From Pedobacter sp. (GTDB lineage: Bacteria; Desulfobacterota; Desulfuromonadia; Desulfuromonadales; Syntrophotaleaceae), in the NCBI GenBank assembly GCA_050253415.1, contig JBFWJC010000002.1:576725-640724 (forward strand): a stretch of 64,000 nt of DNA, given 5' to 3'. This document shows positions 28,420-38,865 of this stretch, one piece after another. Within the stretch, counting starts at the first letter, position 1; the number at the start of each line of letters is the position of its first letter. The notes under the pieces were generated by a model that was given only the letters and a program-made list of their open reading frames with translations, had not been told where the DNA came from and did not search any database. The translations under genes were made by a program, and so were the position numbers.

Positions 28420-30954
28420 ATGAGACCGAACCCAAAGCAGCTTCCCATCGATAGTGTGCTGGGCGATGTGCGTCAAGCGCTTCGCTTGCATCAGGCCGCA
28501 GTGTTGCAGGCACAGCCGGGAGCGGGCAAGACTACCCGTGTTCCCCTGGCGTTGCTGGATGAGCCGTGGCTGGCCGGCAAGCGAATCCTGATGCTGGAGC
28601 CACGTCGTCTCGCGGCGACTAACGCCGCACGCTATATGGCGGCTTGCCTGGGTGAGGAGGTCGGCCAGACGGTAGGATATGCTATTCGTTTTGAGCGGCG
28701 AAGCACGGCAGCGACCCGCCTGGAGGTGGTAACCGAGGGGGTATTGACCCGACGTTTGCAGGTCGATCCGACCCTTGAAGGGGTTGGTCTTGTCATCTTC
28801 GACGAGTTTCACGAAAGGAATCTGCACAGCGATCTGGCCCTGGCGCTGTGTCGGGATGCTCAGTTGGGGCTGCGCGAGGATCTGAAACTGCTGGTCATGT
28901 CGGCCACTCTCGATGGCGAACCGGTGGCCCGTTTGCTGGGCGCGGCACCATTGCTGAGCTGCCCCGGTCGCTGCCACCCTGTCGAAATATCGTATCTGCC
29001 GCAGGATCCGCACGGACCGATTGCCGAGGTGGCGGCGCGGGCCGTGCGTCGCGCGGTGCGCGAAACTGAAGGGGATGTCCTGGTATTTCTGCCCGGCGCT
29101 GCCGAGATTGTCCGCTGTCGCGAACTGTTGCAGAACGACCCCGCTGTCGGCGAACCACGACTATGCCCCCTGTATGGCGAATTACCTTTTTCCGAGCAGG
29201 AGCGGGCCTTGCGCCCCGGACCGCAGCGCAAGGTGGTGCTGGCAACCAATATCGCCGAAACCAGCCTGACCATCGAGGGGGTACAGGTGGTGATCGACAG
29301 CGGATATATGCGGCAGGCCCGCTTTGATGCCGCCTCTGGTTTATCGCGGCTGGTTACGGTAAGGATCACTGCTGCCAATGCAGCGCAACGGGCCGGTCGT
29401 GCCGGCCGGTTAGGGCCGGGGCGCTGTTACCGCCTGTGGAGCGAAGCCACCCAGGGGGGACTGCTGCCTTTCGCACCACCGGAAATCCGCAATGCCGATC
29501 TGGCGCCGCTGGCCCTGGAGCTGGCCCGTTGGGGAGTGCGCGAGGCTGCCAGTTTATGCTGGCTCGACGCACCGCCGGTCGGCGCGCTGGCCGGCGCGCG
29601 GGATTTGCTGCGGGAGTTGGGTGCGCTTGATGCGCAGGAACGTCTTACTCCCACGGGGGAAGTTATGGCGCAAATGCCGGCGCATCCCCGAATTGCCGCG
29701 CTGCTCGCCAAGGGAGCAGCATCTCGGCAGCTGCCGTTGGCATGCGATCTGGCGGCACTGCTCGAAGAGCGAGACCTGTTGCGGGGAACGGAGCGTACGG
29801 TACAGGCAACGGCCAGTGATCTGCTGCAGCGTCTTGAGGCCTTGCATATCTGGCGGCGTAATCAGTCGCTGCCCGTTTCTGTCGATGCGGCGGCCTGCCG
29901 TGCTGTGGCCCGGTCTGCCAAGGCGTGGAGACACCGCTTGCGGGTTGCGGGCGAGACTGACGAGCTTAATCCCACGATGTTGGCAACGCTGCTGATGGCG
30001 GCTTATCCTGACCGCCTGGCCCGACGTCGGTCTGTTGGATCCAGCCGCTATCTGCTGATTAACGGGCAGGGTGGTTGTCTGTCGCCGCGAAGCGGCGTAC
30101 GCGATGCTGAATTTATTCTGGCGGTGCAGATAGGCGCCAGCCGGCATGGCGATGCCGTGATTTATCAGGCCAGTACCATTGAACGAAACCTGATCGAAAC
30201 CGAGTTGGCCGACCGTCTGGTCTGGCAGAAGAAAGTCTTCTGGGACGCCACGCAGCAAAAAGTGGTGGCCCGTGAGGAACGTCGTATCGGGGCTATGCTG
30301 GTAAGCGAACGTTCAGCCAGGATCGGTAAGGAAGAGCTCTTCGAGGCATTGCTGGAAGGCGTGCGTCAGGCAGGTTTGAATGTGCTGCCCTGGAGCACGG
30401 AGGCTACGCAACTGCGCTGGAGGGTGGCGGTTTTGGCCGAGGTATTTCCGGAGCAGAAGTGGCCGGATTGGAGCGATGCCTCATTGAGTGCAAATCTCGG
30501 ACACTGGATTGGTCCCTGGCTTGAAGGGGTTCGCAGTGTAGCCGATCTGGCCCGTCTCGATGTTGCGGCAATGCTGCGCAGCAGCCTGAGCTGGGCGCAA
30601 CAGCAGTGCCTTGAGCAGGAAGCACCTACCCATCTGGCCGTGCCGAGCGGACATCAGATCGCCCTCGACTACCGGCCTGAAGGGTCACCGGTGCTGGCGG
30701 TCAAACTGCAGGAACTGTTCGGACTGGCCGATACTCCGTGTGTGGCAGGTGGGCGGATCGCCGTGCAATTGCACCTTTTGTCCCCAGCCCGGAGGCCGCT
30801 GGCCGTTACCCAGGATTTGCGCAGCTTTTGGGACAATGTCTATCCCGAAATTAAGCGGGAGATGGCCGGTCGTTACCCCAAGCATCCCTGGCCCGACGAT
30901 CCTTGGCGAGCAACCCCGACCCGCAGCATAAAAAGAAAAACGCCCCGGAAATAA
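28420..30954 (+). CDS. hrpB: ATP-dependent RNA helicase HrpB
   Basis: GAGKTT, DEFHER, MSAT, QRAGRAGR, C-terminal GRYPKHPWPDDP. Confidence 0.96.
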   Translation: MRPNPKQLPIDSVLGDVRQALRLHQAAVLQAQPGAGKTTRVPLALLDEPWLAGKRILMLEPRRLAATNAARYMAACLGEEVGQTVGYAIRFERRSTAATRLEVVTEGVLTRRLQVDPTLEGVGLVIFDEFHERNLHSDLALALCRDAQLGLREDLKLLVMSATLDGEPVARLLGAAPLLSCPGRCHPVEISYLPQDPHGPIAEVAARAVRRAVRETEGDVLVFLPGAAEIVRCRELLQNDPAVGEPRLCPLYGELPFSEQERALRPGPQRKVVLATNIAETSLTIEGVQVVIDSGYMRQARFDAASGLSRLVTVRITAANAAQRAGRAGRLGPGRCYRLWSEATQGGLLPFAPPEIRNADLAPLALELARWGVREAASLCWLDAPPVGALAGARDLLRELGALDAQERLTPTGEVMAQMPAHPRIAALLAKGAASRQLPLACDLAALLEERDLLRGTERTVQATASDLLQRLEALHIWRRNQSLPVSVDAAACRAVARSAKAWRHRLRVAGETDELNPTMLATLLMAAYPDRLARRRSVGSSRYLLINGQGGCLSPRSGVRDAEFILAVQIGASRHGDAVIYQASTIERNLIETELADRLVWQKKVFWDATQQKVVAREERRIGAMLVSERSARIGKEELFEALLEGVRQAGLNVLPWSTEATQLRWRVAVLAEVFPEQKWPDWSDASLSANLGHWIGPWLEGVRSVADLARLDVAAMLRSSLSWAQQQCLEQEAPTHLAVPSGHQIALDYRPEGSPVLAVKLQELFGLADTPCVAGGRIAVQLHLLSPARRPLAVTQDLRSFWDNVYPEIKREMAGRYPKHPWPDDPWRATPTRSIKRKTPRK

Positions 30955-30996
30955 TCTTTTTCCAGGGCGTCAGGAGCTTTATCTCGAACCAAGGGT

Positions 30997-31806
30997 TCAA
31001 TCGTTGTCTGCGGGTTTTTGGATGATGTGTACGTCACGCTGCGGGAAGGGGATCGAAATGCCGGCTTCGTCAAAGTGCAGTTTGATTTTTTCCATGGTAT
31101 CGAAGTAGGTTGGCCAGTAATCGGGTACGTTGACCCAGGGCCGCATCACAAAGTTCAGACTGCTGTCTCCAAACGCGTTGAGAGCCACCACCGGTTCGGG
31201 ATCCTGCAAGAAGCGGCTGTCTTCCGTGATGATATTTTGCAGGATCTGTTTGACCTGGCGGATATCGTCATCGTAACTGACGCCAATGACCAGATCCATG
31301 CGGCGCGTTCCACGTTCGGTATAGTTTATAATATTGTCGTTCACGAGTTTGGCATTGGGTACCAGGATGGTCCGATTATCCGGGGTTTTCAGGCGGGTGT
31401 TAAAAATATGCACCAGTTCTACCGTGCCCATGACGCCGGCGCCCTCGATGAAATCCCCGGCCTTGAAGGGGCGCAGGACGATCATCATGATGCCGGCGGC
31501 GAAATTGGACAGCGAACTTTGCAGCGCCAGGCCGACGGCGAGTCCGGCTGCACCGACCACCGCGATCAGCGAAGTGGTCTGCACCCCCAGCCGGCCCAGG
31601 GCGGCAATGGCCACAAACGTCACCAGCGTCGCGTAGACCAGGGTGCCGCAGAAAGACACCAGCGTCGGGTCGAGATTACGTTTCGTCATGAGCCTGCGAA
31701 CAAGGTTGGAGAGCAGCTTGCTCACCCACAGGCCGATGGCCAGGATAAGCAATGCGCCCAGCAGGTTGAGTCCGTAGACGGTCAATCGTGGGTTGATCTG
31801 GTTCAT
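30997..31806 (-). CDS. mscS: Small-conductance mechanosensitive channel
   Basis: GAAGLAVGLALQSSLSNFAAG, RPFKAGD, IPFPQRDVH; AAGGAG RBS. Confidence 0.9.
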   Translation of the reverse strand: MNQINPRLTVYGLNLLGALLILAIGLWVSKLLSNLVRRLMTKRNLDPTLVSFCGTLVYATLVTFVAIAALGRLGVQTTSLIAVVGAAGLAVGLALQSSLSNFAAGIMMIVLRPFKAGDFIEGAGVMGTVELVHIFNTRLKTPDNRTILVPNAKLVNDNIINYTERGTRRMDLVIGVSYDDDIRQVKQILQNIITEDSRFLQDPEPVVALNAFGDSSLNFVMRPWVNVPDYWPTYFDTMEKIKLHFDEAGISIPFPQRDVHIIQKPADND

Positions 31807-31923
31807 GTTTTCTCCTTTGAAAAATTTGCGGGACGTGCCAGTCACTTTACATTAATAAAATATCAAATAATTGCAACCCCTTAACGCTCTTGGCGGCGTC
31901 ACGCCAATTCAGCAGGAGCCTGC

Positions 31924-33096
31924 ATGGCCGATTCCGCCTCACCGCTTTATAGCCGTGCCTTTTGGGCCATGTCACTGGCCAATTTTTCCACTGCAGCCAG
32001 TTTCGGGGTGTTTTTCCTCTTTCCTCTGTTCATTGAAATGCACGGGGGTTCCGAAGCCGACATCGGTATCATTATGGGAGTGTTTGCCCTGGCCGCCACC
32101 GTATGCCGGCCCTGGGTTTCTGAACTGATCGATCGCATCGGGCGCCGGCGCAGTTTCACCATCGGCACTTTGATGATGGTTATGTTGCCCGTGGGTTACC
32201 TGCTCCTATCCGGACCTTTGACGGGATTCTATCTGGTGCTGATGGTGATGCGGATTCTGCACGGCATCGGCATGGCGCTCTGTTTTACCGCGGCCTTTAC
32301 CTTCGTGGCGGATATCGTGCCGCCGGCACGTCTAAACGAAGGCATCGGCATATTCGGCATTTCAGGGCTTGTGGGTATGGCTGCTGGCCCGGCTCTGGCC
32401 GAATTTTCTCTTAATCACTACGGTTTTCCCGCCATGTTCGTGACGGCTTCGCTGTTTGCCGGGGTAGGACTGGTGGCTCATTTCCCTTTGGCGGAACCTC
32501 TGGCCGACCAGCATGATCGTGATGCGGGGGCCTCTTTTTTCCAGGTTTTGGCGCGGCCCAAAATTTTAACCGTGGCGTTGCTGGCGGTACTTTTTGGTAT
32601 TGGGCAGGCGAGTTCCGGCAACTTTGTCGCGCCCCTGGCTGCTGCGCGCAGCATCGTGCATGTTTCATGGTTTTTCGTCGCCTATTCCGTGGCGGCGGTG
32701 CTGGTGCGGTTGGGGGGAGGGCGTGTGGCCGACCGGATCGGAGAGTTGCGGGTGCTCCCCTACGCTCTGGTCATTACAGGGGCGGGGTTGTTGTTCGTGA
32801 CCCTGGCGCATCATGCCTGGTCCCTTGCCCTGGCCGGTGCTATAACCGGTTTCGGCCACGGGTTGCTGTTTCCTTCCCTTAATTCCCTGGCGGTACGCGG
32901 TGAGCCAGCCGGTATTCGTGGCAAGATTACCGGCATCTATACCGGTGCGCTGGATGGCGGAAACTTCACCGGGTCCATTCTGCTTGGCTATATCGGTGAG
33001 TGGATAGGTCTGCGAGCGGTATTTATCGTTGCCGGTTTGGCCTTGCTCAGCGGTCTGATAGTGTTACCCTGGGGCCTTCGTCGAGGAAAGGCGTGA
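31924..33096 (+). CDS. MFS transporter
   Basis: About 12 TM, DRIGRR and ADRIG loop motifs. Confidence 0.9.
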   Translation: MADSASPLYSRAFWAMSLANFSTAASFGVFFLFPLFIEMHGGSEADIGIIMGVFALAATVCRPWVSELIDRIGRRRSFTIGTLMMVMLPVGYLLLSGPLTGFYLVLMVMRILHGIGMALCFTAAFTFVADIVPPARLNEGIGIFGISGLVGMAAGPALAEFSLNHYGFPAMFVTASLFAGVGLVAHFPLAEPLADQHDRDAGASFFQVLARPKILTVALLAVLFGIGQASSGNFVAPLAAARSIVHVSWFFVAYSVAAVLVRLGGGRVADRIGELRVLPYALVITGAGLLFVTLAHHAWSLALAGAITGFGHGLLFPSLNSLAVRGEPAGIRGKITGIYTGALDGGNFTGSILLGYIGEWIGLRAVFIVAGLALLSGLIVLPWGLRRGKA

Positions 33097-33195
33097 CCCT
33101 GTACCTCTGGGTGTAAACCGGTACAAGAATCTGTCGACAAACTCCCAATACAGTCAGGCCATCATATTCTCAGTGCCTTCGTGTCGATCCTGAAA

Positions 33196-35403
33196 TTATC
33201 GCTTTTTATGCGAATTGGGAGGATCCGAATCTTTTTCCAGTCTCCGGGATTGTTTTTGAGCTTTTCGGCTTATGGCCTGGGTCTGCAACTCTGTCCAGAC
33301 GGCAAGGTTGTTTTTTTGGATAACCTTGAAATTGGCGAGTAATTGCTTCAGCCTCCGTGCCTGTTTCGCGAGGGTTTCGGCAGATGCGGCGCTCTCCTGT
33401 GCGGCAAGGGTATTTTCGCCATTTTCCGAGGGGGGTTCATGTGCAGGCGGCGTCAGGTTCACTCCCAGGGCCTGTTCCCGGCTGGCGACGGCGATTTCCG
33501 AGGCCAAGTCGGTAATCTTGCCGATCCCTTCAACAATTTTGCGCAAAGTTTGTGCCGTATAATCGACGCTGTTGTTATCTGCGCCCGGGGTGTCGCTGGT
33601 GCTTTCAATCAGATCAGCCGTATCTTTGGCAGTACGGGCGCTGCGGGCAGCCAGATTACGCACCTCTTCAGCCACAGAAGCGAAACCTTTCAGGTCTTCC
33701 TTCTGTCCGCCCCTTGTTGCGCCAACTGCAGCGTTGAGGGTCAGAAGATTGGACTGAAAAGCGATTTCGTCGACGATTTTGATGATTTTGGAAATATCTT
33801 CGGCCGAGGCATTGATGTCGGCAACGCTTTCTGCCATCTCTTCAAACAAGAGATGTCCATCCGTTTCGCCCCCCCCCTCAGCTGTCGCGGTACCGGGACT
33901 TGTCGACACCTGATCGGCGCAGCTGGCCACCTGATTGGCAATGTCCTGGATCTCTTGCACCAATTCATTGAGTGCGACGTTGGCTCTGGCCAGAGGTTTG
34001 GCGATTAAGCCCTTGGCCTTGAAGGTGAAATCTCCATGGGCCAGTTTGTCAAAAGCTGTGTGTATTTCTTCCTGCAGGTTGTCGGCAAAGTGGTCCACGG
34101 CGCCCGCGATTTCGCCGATTTCATCTGTCCGTGACAGGTTCAGACGCTGGTCCAGTTTACCTTCTTCCATGCCGAGGATCATGTCGAGGGTCTGTTTTAG
34201 AGGCTTGCTTATGCTGCGCGCCATAATCAAACCGACTATGATCGCAACCACCAGGACCATGGCAGCCACAGTCATTGCAGACCGGATAATGGAAAATAGA
34301 CCGGCTTTTACCGAATCCTGGGCAGCTTGGAGGTCATCTTCGTTGAAAACAGCGACAATGACCCAGTCCGATGGCTCAAAGTAAGTAATGGCCGCGGTGC
34401 GCATTCGGGGGGCTTTGTCTCCTTTCTCCTGAAAAGAATACTGTTCGAATGCAACGGGAATCTCGGCCTCGGATTCGGTATGCAGTGTCATAGCCTTTTC
34501 GATCAGGCTGCGGATAAAAAACCGACCATCCCTGGTGTCCTGGCGGTCCCAAAAGGACGTACCTTCAATCCCTTGCTGGCGGCTGATCTGGACCACACCT
34601 CGATGCTTATTCGTGCCACCGAGGATGAAGACCTCTCCGCTTTGACCAACCTGCATGGCCTTGATACCCTGGCGCAAGCTAACGACGTTTTCCTGCTTTT
34701 CGCCAAAATAAAGCACGCCGACCACTTTTTCGTGACCCTTATCCCAGATCGGCTGATAAGCGGTTATATACCATGCGTTAACCACGAACGCGCGACCCAC
34801 AAAAGTTTTGCCACTCATGACCGCCGTGATGACTTCGTTGGCGGAACCGTCCGGGTTGACGGCTGGGATATATGTGCCAATGGCTCGCATACCGTTATTT
34901 TGCAAGACATTGGTGGCAATCCGCAGCATGTCCCCGTCTTCATTCATGCGCTGAAAGACGCTGGCTGTCCCGCCGACCAGTTGTTTTACTTCATCGACCA
35001 GGGGGGTATGATATGCAGCGTCGCGGTTCTGGCCGAACCATTGGTTGCCGATGCGCATTTTAGGCAGCAGAACGGATTTGGTTTCTTTGGTGAACTGGTT
35101 GACAGCAACCCATCTGATGGTTTCAGGTGTAATGGAAATGCCGCCTTTGTTATGAAGCAGAGCGTTGGCTACTTTAAGGTTATGTAAAACCGTATCTGTG
35201 ACCGATTCGCGCATGACTTCGCACATCAGGTGTATGCTGCGCGCCACTTTGCTTGTTTCCTGGCGGGCCTGGTTTTCTATGATATTGGTAACGCTCAGGC
35301 CAATGCGTTTTTCCTGGAAGTGGGTAATGCCGACAATGGCAGCAGTTGTCAGCACGACCAATGTAACCCCCATGGCAGTAATCTTGCCCTGGATTTTCAT
35401 CAT
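33196..35403 (-). CDS. Methyl-accepting chemotaxis-like protein (Cache sensor, HAMP, atypical signalling domain)
   Basis: Two TMs flanking a Cache_3/Cache_2-like region (RAIGTYIP, GRAFVVNAWYITAYQP), HAMP, IAFQSNLLTLNAAV..EEVRNLAARS. Confidence 0.85.
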   Translation of the reverse strand: MMKIQGKITAMGVTLVVLTTAAIVGITHFQEKRIGLSVTNIIENQARQETSKVARSIHLMCEVMRESVTDTVLHNLKVANALLHNKGGISITPETIRWVAVNQFTKETKSVLLPKMRIGNQWFGQNRDAAYHTPLVDEVKQLVGGTASVFQRMNEDGDMLRIATNVLQNNGMRAIGTYIPAVNPDGSANEVITAVMSGKTFVGRAFVVNAWYITAYQPIWDKGHEKVVGVLYFGEKQENVVSLRQGIKAMQVGQSGEVFILGGTNKHRGVVQISRQQGIEGTSFWDRQDTRDGRFFIRSLIEKAMTLHTESEAEIPVAFEQYSFQEKGDKAPRMRTAAITYFEPSDWVIVAVFNEDDLQAAQDSVKAGLFSIIRSAMTVAAMVLVVAIIVGLIMARSISKPLKQTLDMILGMEEGKLDQRLNLSRTDEIGEIAGAVDHFADNLQEEIHTAFDKLAHGDFTFKAKGLIAKPLARANVALNELVQEIQDIANQVASCADQVSTSPGTATAEGGGETDGHLLFEEMAESVADINASAEDISKIIKIVDEIAFQSNLLTLNAAVGATRGGQKEDLKGFASVAEEVRNLAARSARTAKDTADLIESTSDTPGADNNSVDYTAQTLRKIVEGIGKITDLASEIAVASREQALGVNLTPPAHEPPSENGENTLAAQESAASAETLAKQARRLKQLLANFKVIQKNNLAVWTELQTQAISRKAQKQSRRLEKDSDPPNSHKKR

Positions 35404-35776
35404 TATTCTCCCTGGAATTCAGCCCTTGTCCAAGCGGGGGAGATACCAATAATGCCTTAACCGGCGAAAGGTTTCCATTGGAGGTATCTCGCAACGCAAA
35501 CAAATTGTTTCGACTTTTGGAAAGCCGGTACGAAGCGAAAGGATGTTCATTCAGTGATGATTTTGATTGGATAATAGTACAAAAACATGTTGTTCCATGC
35601 CAGTCGGAACAAAAATATACCATTGAATGGGAATGATTAGAATAGGGGAAATGTGATAACTTGCTCCGATGTTCAACTTGAAAGCGCAGAATGGGTGCTG
35701 ACGGGGTTCTGCCGGACGGGGCCATCGGAATGGCCGCGCATGCTAAGAATCTGGTTATGTGTTATTGGTGTCCCGC

Positions 35777-36496
35777 TTAATCCCAGGCATCGGGCACGAA
35801 CAGGTACCCTTTGCCCCACACAGTTTTAATGCGGCAGGGTGTTGCGGCGCTATCTCCCAGTTTTTTGCGCAGTCGGGAAACCGCCACATCGACGGAACGG
35901 TCAAGGCCATCATAAGGGATCCCGCGCAAGCGTCGGTTGATGGTGTCTCGATCGAGAACCTTGCCGGCATGGCCGGCCAGCAGAGTGAGAAGATCGAATT
36001 CGGTACTGCTGAGGTTGATGGCTTCTTTTTGATAGACGACCTTGCGGGAAGGGGTGCTTATGAGCAGTTCGCCGAAATTCATGACCGGCCTCTGCTGGAG
36101 ATCGGGAACTCTTTTATGGCACCTGTCGCCGTGGAATCGCTTTAGCAAGGTACGAATTTTTGCCAACAGGGTTTGCGGTTCGATCGGTTTGTTTACATAG
36201 CCGTCGGCCAGCAGGGCCGTTTTGCTTCCGGTGGGTTGTCCGTTTTCCCGGTCGGCCAGAAGGATGACCGGGCCCTGGTAGGTGGCGCGTATGTCCTGAT
36301 ACAGCGCTTCGCTGTCAGTCGTGGACGGAGAAGGGTCGAGGATCACGAGATGGGGCCGTTCACAGTCGATTGCAGGCACACTCTTTTTGTGCAATTCTGC
36401 GGTAGTCTTATAGCCATGACGTTGCAGATAGTTTTTGAGAAATTTGGACAGTTGTTGGTCCTCTCCTACCAGCATTAGGCAAAAAGGTTGGTTCAT
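35777..36496 (-). CDS. OmpR/RstA-like response regulator with degenerate receiver
   Basis: Intact winged helix (DRSVDVAVSRLRKKL, IKTVWGKGY); receiver has VGED and LVILD, with Ala at the Thr/Ser position; no adjacent kinase. Confidence 0.85.
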   Translation of the reverse strand: MNQPFCLMLVGEDQQLSKFLKNYLQRHGYKTTAELHKKSVPAIDCERPHLVILDPSPSTTDSEALYQDIRATYQGPVILLADRENGQPTGSKTALLADGYVNKPIEPQTLLAKIRTLLKRFHGDRCHKRVPDLQQRPVMNFGELLISTPSRKVVYQKEAINLSSTEFDLLTLLAGHAGKVLDRDTINRRLRGIPYDGLDRSVDVAVSRLRKKLGDSAATPCRIKTVWGKGYLFVPDAWD

Positions 36497-36599
36497 TGCG
36501 TTACCTCCGCATTGGATATGGTCTTGAATGTACACAAGGGTTTGATTAGAGGCCGCGGGTTCCGGCGGTTGACGGTTTTTTTATTAACGGTTTTTAAAA

Positions 36600-36616
36600 T
36601 GCAAGAAAGGTACCAT
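36600..36616 (-). promoter_or_regulatory. Putative sigma54 promoter for the atypical response regulator
   Basis: Minus strand ATGGTACCTTTCTTGCA, GG-N10-GC with TTGCA. Confidence 0.6.
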
Positions 36617-36757
36617 GCCTTTCTTGCTGTGCAATAATCCGGGCTGGCAGCCGCTGACATGGTTTTATAGCCCGTTTTATGGTAATGGTGACGGCATGAT
36701 GTCGCCGCTTGCCAACAGGATTCATGCCCTGGCCGGGCTGGATGGGAGACGGGACGT

Positions 36758-37597
36758 ATGCAGGAAACCATTGCAATTATCTTTGATTTCGACGATACGC
36801 TGGCACCGGACAGCACCTCGAGTTTTCTCGATAACCGTGGGGTCGATGTGCCCCATTTCTGGCAACATAAGGTTCTGCCCCGCATCGAGGCCGGCTGGGA
36901 TCCTGTACCGGCTTATCTGTACGAAATGATCGTCCTGTCGAACACCGGGGACGCGATCCGCCGCGATGATCTTATGCGCTGGGGCAAGCGCATCAAGCCT
37001 TTCACCGGCGCCACGCGGATTTTTGATCGGGTACGTCGGCACGCCGAGTCGATCAATGAACGGGTCGGGGTCGAGTTCTATCTGATCAGCAGCGGCATCG
37101 GCGATATCCTGCGGCATACGCGATTGGCGCGCCATTTTCATGATATGTGGGCTTGCGATTTTCACTACGACGACCATGCCGGCATCGTCTATCCGAAGAA
37201 TGTGGTCAGTTTTACCGATAAAACCCGCTTTTTGTTTCAGATCGCCAAGGGGATTACCGGCCCCGAATGCCGCAGCGAGCCGTTTGCCGTCAACCGCAAG
37301 CTGAGCCAACAGCAATTGCGCGTCCCTTTCGATCAAATGATCGTGGTCGGCGATGGTCTGACCGATATCCCATGTTTTTCCCTGATTCGCCGTAGCGGTG
37401 GCTATGCCATCGGGGTCTTCGATCGGGCCAACAAGGCCAAATGGGGGCGTGCCTGGGGGTTTATCGAGGACGGACGGGTTTCCAATCTGGTGCCGGCCGA
37501 TTTCAGTAAAAATTCCGCACTGTCCCTCTCTTTGCTGATGGCGGTGGAAAACCTGGCGCGTAAACTTAAATTGCGGGCCCAGACCTATCAGGGGTAA
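36758..37597 (+). CDS. HAD-superfamily hydrolase
   Basis: FDFDDTL motif I, ISSG, VGDGLTD motif IV. Confidence 0.88.
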   Translation: MQETIAIIFDFDDTLAPDSTSSFLDNRGVDVPHFWQHKVLPRIEAGWDPVPAYLYEMIVLSNTGDAIRRDDLMRWGKRIKPFTGATRIFDRVRRHAESINERVGVEFYLISSGIGDILRHTRLARHFHDMWACDFHYDDHAGIVYPKNVVSFTDKTRFLFQIAKGITGPECRSEPFAVNRKLSQQQLRVPFDQMIVVGDGLTDIPCFSLIRRSGGYAIGVFDRANKAKWGRAWGFIEDGRVSNLVPADFSKNSALSLSLLMAVENLARKLKLRAQTYQG

Positions 37598-37612
37598 CGC
37601 TCTGGAGCGGAT

Positions 37613-38152
37613 ATGCGAGATGTGACCGGTGTTGAGGATCTTCTACGACAGAGCGGCTACCAAGATTTTTGCTGGCTGGCCGGTGCGCAACTGCCAGTGT
37701 GCCAATGGGTACGCTTCAAGTGCCGTTACGGGTGTCCCAATTACGGGCAGTTGGCGACGTGTCCGCCGGAGGTGCCTACTCTGGACGCGTGCCGGGAGTT
37801 TTTCGGTGAATACGGGCATGTAGCCGTCATCCGGTTGTCTGCCTGCGTCAGCGGGCTTGCCGAAGATGCACAGTGGAATCGTCAGGTTAGCCAGGATTTG
37901 CTGGCTCTTGAAAGAGCTGTCTTTCTGGCCGGTTTTCCTAAGGCTCTGGTGTTGTTTCCCGGACCCTGCCGATTGTGTGAAATCTGCACCGGGGATCGCA
38001 AAACCTGTCGCCGACCGGCGGATGTGCGTCCCAGTCCCGAAGCCTTGGGCGTTGATCTGTTCGGTGCGGTGCGTCTGGCCGGTTACGACCTGCGGATTTT
38101 GCAGGATACCGACCAACCGATGGCGCGTTTCGCATTTTTGCTGGTAGCATGA
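37613..38152 (+). CDS. DUF2284-like Cys-rich metal-binding protein
   Basis: KCRYGCPNYG..CPP, GPCRLCEIC..C..RPSPEALGVD. Confidence 0.8.
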   Translation: MRDVTGVEDLLRQSGYQDFCWLAGAQLPVCQWVRFKCRYGCPNYGQLATCPPEVPTLDACREFFGEYGHVAVIRLSACVSGLAEDAQWNRQVSQDLLALERAVFLAGFPKALVLFPGPCRLCEICTGDRKTCRRPADVRPSPEALGVDLFGAVRLAGYDLRILQDTDQPMARFAFLLVA

Positions 38153-38185
38153 ATGAATTATGCGAATTCAACCTGCGGAGGTCTC

Positions 38186-38794
38186 ATGCAACAGCCCAAA
38201 AAGATCGTGGCGGTGGTTGGCAGTTACCGTAAAGGCGGGATTATCGATTCCGCTGTGGACCAGGTCCTGGCCGCGGCCGCAGAGCAGGGCGCCCGCGTCA
38301 GTAAAATTTATCTGTTGGACAAACACATCGAATTTTGCAGTAACTGTCGCAGGTGCACCCAGGAGCAGGGAGACCGGCGCGGTTATTGTGCCATCCGGGA
38401 TGATATGGCTGGAGTGCTCGATGAACTGGAATCTGCTGACGGTATCGTGCTTGGTTCGCCCATTAATTTTTTCAGCGTAACCGCCTTGACCAAACGGTTT
38501 GTCGAGCGTCTGGTCTGCTATGCCTGGTGGCCCTGGGGGGGCAGGGTTCCCAAAATGCGCTCCAGTAAGCGCCCCCGCCGCGCGGTATTGCTTTTGTCTT
38601 GCGCCATGCCGGCTTTCATGGCACGGCTGTTGGGCGGTGCGCCACGGGTACTGAAAACGGCGGCAGCGATTTTGGGTGCCCGGATCGTCGGACTCTTGAT
38701 TATCGGCCAGGTGGCGCAGCAGGAGCATGAGACGCTGCCCGACCGGGCGCGAAACAAAGCGCGACAGTTAGGCGTCAAACTGGCAGCTGGCTGA
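38186..38794 (+). CDS. Flavodoxin-fold / iron-sulfur flavoprotein-like FMN reductase
   Basis: GSYRKGG, CSNCRRC..C..DDM, LGSPINF. Confidence 0.85.
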   Translation: MQQPKKIVAVVGSYRKGGIIDSAVDQVLAAAAEQGARVSKIYLLDKHIEFCSNCRRCTQEQGDRRGYCAIRDDMAGVLDELESADGIVLGSPINFFSVTALTKRFVERLVCYAWWPWGGRVPKMRSSKRPRRAVLLLSCAMPAFMARLLGGAPRVLKTAAAILGARIVGLLIIGQVAQQEHETLPDRARNKARQLGVKLAAG

Positions 38795-38865
38795 TTCCCA
38801 TCTTCGGCTTTCGGAGGGGGAAACTTTTCAGCCGTGGCAACAAAGATAACGCCTGGGAGGGCAAC

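Noticed and set aside
35404..35776. Possible c-di-GMP riboswitch upstream of the MCP
   Set aside because: GCGAAAG and ACGCAAA fragments lie on the wrong strand and the GEMM two-stem architecture could not be built
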